A DNA stretch of 49,624 nucleotides from Verrucomicrobiota bacterium. Its GTDB lineage: Bacteria; Verrucomicrobiota; Verrucomicrobiia; Opitutales; Seribacteraceae. The DNA is taken from positions 1-49,624 of the forward strand of contig JAQBYT010000033.1 of NCBI GenBank assembly GCA_027622665.1. The letters are read 5' to 3'. Below, one piece after another: positions 8,263 to 15,109 of the stretch (position 1 is its first letter; the number at the start of each line of letters is the position of its first letter). The notes below the pieces were generated by a model. The model was not told the origin of the DNA and did not search any database. It worked only from the letters and a program-made list of their open reading frames with translations. The translations under genes were made by a program, and so were the position numbers.

Positions 8263-8358
8263 TGATGAAAGATTTGGGAGAATAATTAAGGGGAATAATT
8301 GGGCAAACCTGCTTAATAACAGCGTTTTCTGGGACATTTCATGATGAATCTGATAAGT

Positions 8359-8553
8359 TCAGGATCTCTCGGTGTCAGTTCTTCGGATATAGTGAATACC
8401 TTTCTTGACTTGCTTGCCCTTGCGAAGCGGTCTCAGGCTTCTTTGTAAACGATCGAAGCGATCCCATATGGTTTCAGTTTTTTCACGGGCAACCTGCTTC
8501 GGCCCGCGGAAGACTTTTATGGTCAACTCGTTGATTTAGGGCTCAGAATTCAT
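8359..8553 (-). pseudogene. Possible small basic protein gene interrupted by a premature stop
   Basis: ATG overlaps the gmd stop (ATGA); MNSEP*INELTIKVFRGPKQVAREKTETIWDRFDRLQRSLRPLRKGKQVKKGIHYIRRTDTERS*. Confidence 0.35.
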
Positions 8554-9539
8554 TGATCAAGGATTACGGAAACCTCACACATTTCCCGGATGATTTCCTC
8601 AAAGGAATAAGTCGTGTCCCATCCCAAAACGCTACGAGCCTTTGTAGAATCACCACAGAGTCTCTGAGGTTCATTGGGACGCACAAATCTCTTATTGATG
8701 GAAACGAAATCACGATAATCGAGTTCAAAATACTCAAAGGCCAAGGAAAGAAAGTCCTTGAGGCTATGGGTTTCGCCGGTGGCCAAAACATAATCATTCG
8801 GCTTTTCCTGCTGAAGCATCAGCCACATTCCCTCCACATAATCTTTGGCATGTCCCCAATCCCTCTCAATTTCGAGATTTCCAAGCTCCAACGAATCTTT
8901 TTTTCCTGCGGCAATTTCGGCTGCCGATCGAACGATTTTCTGGGTCACGAAGTTTTCACCACGCCGGGGAGATTCATGGTTATAAAGAATGCCATTGCAT
9001 ACGAACAAACCATAAGATTGACGAAAAATGATTCCCATATGAACGCAAAATGCTTTGGCGGCTCCATAGGGAGAAGTCGGATTGAAATTTGATTCTTCGT
9101 TTTGATGGGCTTCCTGAGCATCTCCAAAAATTTCGGAGGAGCAGGCTAGGTAAATTTTGGGTTGGCGTTCTTGATCTCGGCATATTTCCAATAGTTTTAC
9201 TGTGCAATTGGCAATTTCCTGCGTGGTGAGCTCGGGAATTTCAAAACTTAGCCCTACATGGCTTTGTCCGGCTAGATGGTAAAACTCATCGGGACCCACC
9301 TTTTTGAAAATCCGACGCAAGGAAGCATCGTCATTTAAGTCCGCATAATGAAGATACAATTTTTTTCCATAGATTGCTTTATCGTTAATCAGGTGATCGA
9401 TGCGCCACCTGTTAAAGGAACTGGAACGACGAACAACTCCATGTACTTGATATCCTTTTTCCAACAAGAGCTCGGTAAGGTAGGAACCATCTTGCCCGGT
9501 TATGCCCGTAATTAGTGCGGTTTTATGGAATTCATCCAT
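8550..9539 (-). CDS. gmd: GDP-mannose 4,6-dehydratase
   Basis: ALITGITGQDGSYL, LAGQSHVGLSF, SPYGAAK, NGILYNHESPRRGENFVTQKI, RDWGHAKDYV. Confidence 0.95.
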   Translation of the reverse strand: MDEFHKTALITGITGQDGSYLTELLLEKGYQVHGVVRRSSSFNRWRIDHLINDKAIYGKKLYLHYADLNDDASLRRIFKKVGPDEFYHLAGQSHVGLSFEIPELTTQEIANCTVKLLEICRDQERQPKIYLACSSEIFGDAQEAHQNEESNFNPTSPYGAAKAFCVHMGIIFRQSYGLFVCNGILYNHESPRRGENFVTQKIVRSAAEIAAGKKDSLELGNLEIERDWGHAKDYVEGMWLMLQQEKPNDYVLATGETHSLKDFLSLAFEYFELDYRDFVSINKRFVRPNEPQRLCGDSTKARSVLGWDTTYSFEEIIREMCEVSVILDQ

Positions 9540-9541
9540 AA

Positions 9542-10189
9542 TCAAGGCGTCTTGAATGAATCGTAAGTTTTAGAACCGGTGGCTAGTTCCGTTGGCAAGG
9601 CTTTCTCCTCATCGAGGTCAAGACAGCGGACGATCTCCCCTGCTCTCTCATAACAATAGTTCGATTCGGGACATGTCGCTTGGTTGGATTTATCGAAATT
9701 CAAGCGATGGCCGTGACGACTCATGTGACCGGATAATTTTGCGGGGTTGCCCAGAACCAATCCGTAATCAGGTACGTTCTTGGTGACAACTGAACCGGCG
9801 CCAATGAAGCAGTAGCGTCCGAGAGTGATTCCGCAGACGATGGTAGCGTTCGCCCCGACGGTGGCACCTCGACGGATCAAGGTCTTTTCGTAGAGTGTTT
9901 TTCGACTGATTTGAGAACGCGGATTGGCGACGTTGGTAAGCACGCAGGATGGTCCCAAGAACACATCGTCCTCAATGGTAACACCCCCGTAGATCGCAAC
10001 GTTGTTCTGAACCTTGACGCCATTTCCGAGAACTGCGTTGTCCGCGACCAAGATGTTTTGTCCAAGCGAGCAATTTTTTCCTATTACCGCTCCCGAACAG
10101 ACGTGAGCAAAGTGCCAAATGCTCGTATCTTCGCCAATGACAGCTCCTTCGTCGATTACTGCCGAGGGATGAACCTTAAAATCACTCAT
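9542..10189 (-). CDS. Hexapeptide-repeat N-acetyltransferase (WbpD-like)
   Basis: HPSAVIDEGA.IG..T.IWHFAH, KVQNNV, GPSCVLTNV.NPRS, GANATIVCG; ATG at 10189 overlaps the upstream stop. Confidence 0.93.
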   Translation of the reverse strand: MSDFKVHPSAVIDEGAVIGEDTSIWHFAHVCSGAVIGKNCSLGQNILVADNAVLGNGVKVQNNVAIYGGVTIEDDVFLGPSCVLTNVANPRSQISRKTLYEKTLIRRGATVGANATIVCGITLGRYCFIGAGSVVTKNVPDYGLVLGNPAKLSGHMSRHGHRLNFDKSNQATCPESNYCYERAGEIVRCLDLDEEKALPTELATGSKTYDSFKTP

Positions 10190-11184
10190 TTCGAGAGGGC
10201 AATGGGTATCCCATTTTGATCGATGCTTGACTGGCAAGCGTGAAGGACTTTGAGGACCTCTATCCCGGATTGGGAATCAGTGAGAGGTCTGTTGCGATTC
10301 GTGACGCAATCCAAGAAATGACGGCATTCTTCACGAAGAGGTTCGGCATCGGAGTACTCCACCGGTTCGAAATCCTCTTTTTTGAGTACGGGAATTTTGC
10401 CTTCGAACTCAACGGTTTGGGGATAAAGAAGAAGCTTTTCGCCAAAGGTAGCGACATCATTAAAGATGGCCATTTTTTTATCTCCCACGACCACAAGGCG
10501 CTGCTCCTTGAAGGGATGCAACCAACTGACGAAGATGTGTGCACGTGATTCGTCTTTGAAACGCAAATTAGACACGGTCGTATCAGCCAATCCTTTGGTT
10601 AGGTAGGAACCTCCGGTGGCAGAGACTTCAATGGGGGACTGTCCGATCAAGCGGAGAATGACCGCGACGTCGTGCGGGGCGAAACTCCAAAGTGCATTTT
10701 CCTCGGTACGCACCTTGCCGAAGTTCAAGCGGTTGGAATAGACGTAATTGATTTTCCCAAGTTCATGGGAATCAATCAATTCGCGCAATTTGAGTACCGC
10801 AGGGTGGAACTCCAACAAATGTCCGACCATGAGAATACTGTTGGTTTGATCGGCAACAGCCTTCATTCGTTCCGCATCTTCAAGGGTTAAGGCCATAGGC
10901 TTTTCCACGAACACGTCCTTGCCGGCTTGCATCGCTCGAATAGCCAATTTCGCATGAGTCTCAGCCGGCGTGGCGAGCGCTACAGCTTGGATCTCTGGAT
11001 CATTCAATGCATCCTCAAAATGGGAAGACACTTCGATTCCCGGAACGATCAAGCGGGCTTGGGCTTGTCCCGATTCGGTAGCATCGATCACACGAGCCAA
11101 GGCATTGAGAGCATGAAAGTTCCGGCATAGGTTCTTGCCCCAGTACCCACAGCCAACCAAGGCAATTTTAGTTATATCGTTCAT
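10186..11184 (-). CDS. Gfo/Idh/MocA oxidoreductase (WbpB-like sugar 3-dehydrogenase)
   Basis: VGCGYWGKNL, VEKPM, VGH, SFAPHD. Confidence 0.92.
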   Translation of the reverse strand: MNDITKIALVGCGYWGKNLCRNFHALNALARVIDATESGQAQARLIVPGIEVSSHFEDALNDPEIQAVALATPAETHAKLAIRAMQAGKDVFVEKPMALTLEDAERMKAVADQTNSILMVGHLLEFHPAVLKLRELIDSHELGKINYVYSNRLNFGKVRTEENALWSFAPHDVAVILRLIGQSPIEVSATGGSYLTKGLADTTVSNLRFKDESRAHIFVSWLHPFKEQRLVVVGDKKMAIFNDVATFGEKLLLYPQTVEFEGKIPVLKKEDFEPVEYSDAEPLREECRHFLDCVTNRNRPLTDSQSGIEVLKVLHACQSSIDQNGIPIALSK

Positions 11185-12167
11185 ACTTCAATATCCTTCA
11201 ACCAATCCCGATTGTCCACGTACCATTGAACGGACTTTTCCAATCCGTCGTCAAGGGATACTCGCGGTTCCCATCCGAGCAGGTTCTTGGCCTTGTCGAT
11301 ATCAGCCCAAGTTTCCTTGAGGTCGGCGATGTGAAAGGGTTTGTTTTCGATCTTGGCTTTCTTGCCAAGAAGGGATTCCAACCTCTCGATAATTGCATTG
11401 AGCGAGACCGGGTGGCGCCCACCTCCGAGGTTAATGATCTCGTAACCGACTTCCTGGATTGCGGCCACGCTCCCACGGGCAATATCTTCGACATAAGTAA
11501 AGTCACGCGATTGAGAACCGTCCCCGAACATTTGAATAGTTTCTTCCTCGGCAATCCATTTGATGAATCTATAAGGCGACATATCCGGACGTCCTGCAGG
11601 TCCGAACACGGTGAAGTAGCGGACCACGGAGACATCAATCCCATAGAGCTTGTGGTAACTGTACGCCATGAGCTCGGCCGCTTTCTTGGATGCAGCATAG
11701 GGCGAAAGTGGTTCGTTAACCGGCAAGCTCTCGGTGAAGGGCATAGGTTGGCCAGCATAAAGGGAAGAGGTAGAGGCTAAAACCAGCTTATTTACTCCGG
11801 ATGAACGCATGCATTCGAGCAAATTGAGGGTGCCCTCCGCATTAGTAGACAAGTACACATACGGATTTTCCATGCTGTAACGTACACCTGCTCGGGCGGC
11901 AAGATTGAGTACGGCATCAAAAGGGCCAAACTGGTCGAAAAGGATTTGCAAGGCCGGATGGTTCTCGATGTCGAGCTTTTCGAAATGAAAGTTTTCGGCA
12001 TTTGTAGAGTTTTCCAACTGCTCAAGACGCCAATCCTTAAGCCGAACATCGTAGTAGTCGTTAAGATTATCGACTCCGACGACTTGATGACCCAAGTCGA
12101 GCAACTGTCCACAAACTTGAGAAGCGATAAAGCCTGCAACTCCGGTAACGAGATATTTCTTACTCAA
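11181..12167 (-). CDS. NAD-dependent epimerase (UDP-glucuronate 4-epimerase-like)
   Basis: VTGVAGFI, NLNDYYDVRLK, LAARAGVRYS, SPYAASK, FTVFGPAGRPDM; likely TTG start at 12167 overlapping the upstream TGA. Confidence 0.92.
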   Translation of the reverse strand: MSKKYLVTGVAGFIASQVCGQLLDLGHQVVGVDNLNDYYDVRLKDWRLEQLENSTNAENFHFEKLDIENHPALQILFDQFGPFDAVLNLAARAGVRYSMENPYVYLSTNAEGTLNLLECMRSSGVNKLVLASTSSLYAGQPMPFTESLPVNEPLSPYAASKKAAELMAYSYHKLYGIDVSVVRYFTVFGPAGRPDMSPYRFIKWIAEEETIQMFGDGSQSRDFTYVEDIARGSVAAIQEVGYEIINLGGGRHPVSLNAIIERLESLLGKKAKIENKPFHIADLKETWADIDKAKNLLGWEPRVSLDDGLEKSVQWYVDNRDWLKDIEV

Positions 12168-13444
12168 GCTTGATAATATTTTGCCGGCCTGTGCGTAATG
12201 CAGTTGCGGGTATCCACGATGGGACATTCGAAGTTGGTGAAGTCGAAAGTTTTGTATTCCGAATGATCGGTGGAAAGGAGGATAAGGTCGTATACATCCT
12301 CTATTTCGACGGATTCTTTGCCTGCCAATTGTGGATGCTCACGGGTTTCAGGAATTACCGGGACAAAGGAATCATGGTATTCGGCCCTAGCTCCTTTTAT
12401 CATGAGCTTTTCCATGAGAACAAAAGAGGGAGACTCCCTGCAATCGTCGACATTCGCCTTGTAGGCTAGCCCAAGGATAAGCACTTTAGAACCTTTTACA
12501 GCCTTGCCTTCGTCGTTGAGAGCATCCGTCACCTTGGACAAAACATAATCGGGCATGGCGGTGTTGATCTCTCCCGCCAACTCGATGAATCGTGTATGCT
12601 TTCCGAATTCCCGGGCTTTCCAAGTCAGGTAAAACGGATCGATGGGAATGCAATGCCCCCCCAAGCCAGGTCCGGGTCGAAAGGGCATAAACCCGAAAGG
12701 CTTTGTGGCAGCAGCAGAAATCACTTCGTGCACATCGATATTCATGGCCTCGTATACGACCTTGAGTTCGTTGACCAATGCGATATTGACGCTGCGAAAA
12801 ATATTTTCGAGTAGCTTGGTAGCCTCGGCTACTCGGCAAGAGGAAACACGATGAATTATGTCTATTGCTCTTCCATAGAGTGCTTCGGCGATATCGCCAC
12901 ATTCCTTCGTGTACCCACCGACTACTTTGGGAATGGTCTTGACCGAGGCATCCTCCCGACCCGGATCTTCCCGTTCCGGGGAATAAGCCAAATGAAAATC
13001 GGAGCCCGCCTTCATACCGGACCCCTCCTCCAGTATAATTCGAAGTTCGTCCTCGGTGGTACCAGGATAAGTAGTCGATTCCAAGGTTACCAAGACGCCC
13101 CTTGAAAGATTTGGAGCCAAAGCCTCCGCCGTATCGAGTACGAAGGATAGATCGGGTTCCCTATATTCGCTCAGGGGAGTCGGAACGCAAATGAGAATAG
13201 CTTCGACCTCGGACACACGCTTCGGGTCTGTAGTTGCCTCGAAGCGACCTGCATTTACTTGCTCGGCAATGCTCTCTGAGGAAAAATGCTTGAGGTAGGA
13301 TTCCCCGCGATTGATCGAATCGACCTTTTTTGGGTCGAGATCGAGACCGAGCACGGACACCCCGGATCTGGCGAATTGTAGAGAAAGGGGAAGGCCCACA
13401 TACCCAAGGCCAACTACTGCAATCTTGGAAAATAATTTACTCAT
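12164..13444 (-). CDS. Nucleotide-sugar dehydrogenase (UDP-GlcNAc 6-dehydrogenase, WbpA/WecC-like)
   Basis: GLGYVGLPL, CVPTP, ESTTYPGTT, SPERE, GPGLGGHCIP.DP. Confidence 0.94.
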   Translation of the reverse strand: MSKLFSKIAVVGLGYVGLPLSLQFARSGVSVLGLDLDPKKVDSINRGESYLKHFSSESIAEQVNAGRFEATTDPKRVSEVEAILICVPTPLSEYREPDLSFVLDTAEALAPNLSRGVLVTLESTTYPGTTEDELRIILEEGSGMKAGSDFHLAYSPEREDPGREDASVKTIPKVVGGYTKECGDIAEALYGRAIDIIHRVSSCRVAEATKLLENIFRSVNIALVNELKVVYEAMNIDVHEVISAAATKPFGFMPFRPGPGLGGHCIPIDPFYLTWKAREFGKHTRFIELAGEINTAMPDYVLSKVTDALNDEGKAVKGSKVLILGLAYKANVDDCRESPSFVLMEKLMIKGARAEYHDSFVPVIPETREHPQLAGKESVEIEDVYDLILLSTDHSEYKTFDFTNFECPIVDTRNCITHRPAKYYQA

Positions 13445-14366
13445 AAGAGGGAGACAAAGTTTCGGGATTCCTTATTTTACGGACAAATTGAAGAAAGAAG
13501 ACCAGGAAGATGCCGAGAAAGCCTCCGCAGACACCTCCGAGGCCGACAATCAATTTGCGCTTGGGCTTTTCCCGTTGCTCCGGAGCAACGGCGGGATCGA
13601 TCACTTCCAGCGCAAAGTCCTCGTTGACGTTGGCTAGCATCGCTTTTTGTTTTTCGGATTCTAACAAGCTGTAAAGAACTTCTCGCATGTCCTTGAGGGT
13701 GGTTTTGGCCAGTTCCTGCTCTAGATAGCCGACGCGCTTCTTGGAGTCTTGGATAGCTTGCTCCCGAAGTTGCTCGTTCAATTGCTTTACCAGATCATTG
13801 GCCCATTGTGCAGCAATTACAGGATCCCTCCATGAAATGGAAAGGGTGATTAGGCTGGATTTCTTGTCCTCATCAACGGAAAGGATTCCCTTGAAAGACT
13901 CGATCGCTTTTTGCTCGGTGGGTTCATCATCTTCCGACTCGACGATCCACGCTTTTTTTTCCACATCCCATAAATCCTTGAAAAGAACAGGTAGAAGTTT
14001 ATTGTTATTTATAAAAAGGCTCAAAAATCTTCGAGATTCCAGAGTGGCGATGACTTGCTCGGTATTGGAACCGCTGGGTATCGAAATTCCCGCCATCGCG
14101 GCCAGACCTCCAAATTGACTGAGAGACGAGGTCCCGGATTGTTCCTCTTGGGCGGAAGCTAGCAAGGTCTCCGCCTTAAATACCTCCGGAGAATGCAAGG
14201 CGTAAGCCACTGCCAAGGTGGTACAGATAATTGTTATACCCACTATCAATTTCCACGATTGAAGGAGGGTGCGGATCAATTCGAGCAGATCAATATCATC
14301 CTCCTCCACCGAGGGACCGGATTCGACCATGACGTATTTGGTTGCCGATTTCTTGTCATCGTTCAT
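13437..14366 (-). CDS. wzz: Wzz polysaccharide chain-length determinant
   Basis: DIDLLEL near the N-terminus, two TM helices, IDPAVAP...KPKRKLI motif before the C-terminal TM. Confidence 0.9.
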   Translation of the reverse strand: MNDDKKSATKYVMVESGPSVEEDDIDLLELIRTLLQSWKLIVGITIICTTLAVAYALHSPEVFKAETLLASAQEEQSGTSSLSQFGGLAAMAGISIPSGSNTEQVIATLESRRFLSLFINNNKLLPVLFKDLWDVEKKAWIVESEDDEPTEQKAIESFKGILSVDEDKKSSLITLSISWRDPVIAAQWANDLVKQLNEQLREQAIQDSKKRVGYLEQELAKTTLKDMREVLYSLLESEKQKAMLANVNEDFALEVIDPAVAPEQREKPKRKLIVGLGGVCGGFLGIFLVFFLQFVRKIRNPETLSPSYE

Positions 14367-14375
14367 ATTTTTCGT

Positions 14376-14415
14376 ACGCTACCGCCCTTGGCCGCTCGGG
14401 TAATCCCGAAGCCAA
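14376..14415 (-). promoter_or_regulatory. ops/JUMPstart-like antitermination element with upstream hairpin
   Basis: Minus strand TTGGC-TTCGGG-ATTA-CCCGAG-CG-GCCAA-GGGCGGTAGCGT, ending 9 nt before the wzz ATG; GCCAAGGGCGGTAGCGT matches the 3' half of enterobacterial JUMPstart. Confidence 0.75.
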
Positions 14416-14451
14416 TCAATTGAGGCGTCATGTACGCCATGATAATTAATT

Positions 14452-15042
14452 CTATCTTTTATGGGAACGTTCGGTCTTCCCCACGATCAACTTTACCAAG
14501 GGCAATAATTTGCCCACCTGCCGGTGCCAACCAGCTAAAATATTCGTCCGTATCCGACCTCGTTCAGCGGAATTTCCGTCTTCCGTTGCATCCACGAGTT
14601 CTTGTAAATGACTTAAACGAGCTTTCCCTTTTTCCAAATGAGGTTCCGCCTGCTCCTTTAAAAAGCCGGAAACAAGTTTGCGAAGACGAATCTCCGCCAC
14701 AAAATGTTCCTTTCGCTGACCGGGAAGGAATTGACTTTTCACCGCACCCAATTGCCGTAGGGATCTAAGACCCTGACTGGCGGAACCCTTGCTTACGGAC
14801 AAGAGTTCCATGATTTCATCCATAGCCAAGGGTTCGTCGCGACAAAAAAGCAACCCATAGATTTGGCCCACGGACTTTGGCAAACCCACCGATATGGCGG
14901 CATTCAGGAACAAGTCAACGACGGCTGTTTCCCACCCGGGAAGAGAGGCAGTGTCTTGAGAATCCTTGGAAGACTGTACGGAGTATGCGGTCAATCTGCT
15001 GATATTTTCCGTCTTACTAGAGGAGAAAGCATATTCGTTCAA
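14452..15042 (-). CDS. GbsR/MarR-family transcriptional regulator
   Basis: GLPKSVGQIYGLLF..PLAMDEIMELLSVSKGSASQGLRSL..LGAV...GQRKEHF.AE. Start codon uncertain. Confidence 0.88.
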   Translation of the reverse strand: MNEYAFSSSKTENISRLTAYSVQSSKDSQDTASLPGWETAVVDLFLNAAISVGLPKSVGQIYGLLFCRDEPLAMDEIMELLSVSKGSASQGLRSLRQLGAVKSQFLPGQRKEHFVAEIRLRKLVSGFLKEQAEPHLEKGKARLSHLQELVDATEDGNSAERGRIRTNILAGWHRQVGKLLPLVKLIVGKTERSHKR

Positions 15043-15063
15043 GAAAAAATGAACAAAATGAAC
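15037..15063. promoter_or_regulatory. Palindromic operator candidate over the regulator start
   Basis: GTTCA-N8-TGAAC at 15037-15054, plus a second TGAAC half-site at 15059-15063. Confidence 0.5.
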
Positions 15064-15109
15064 CCGCCATGCGAGTGAACTCCGTTACCCCACCGGAAGG
15101 CAAGTTGAG

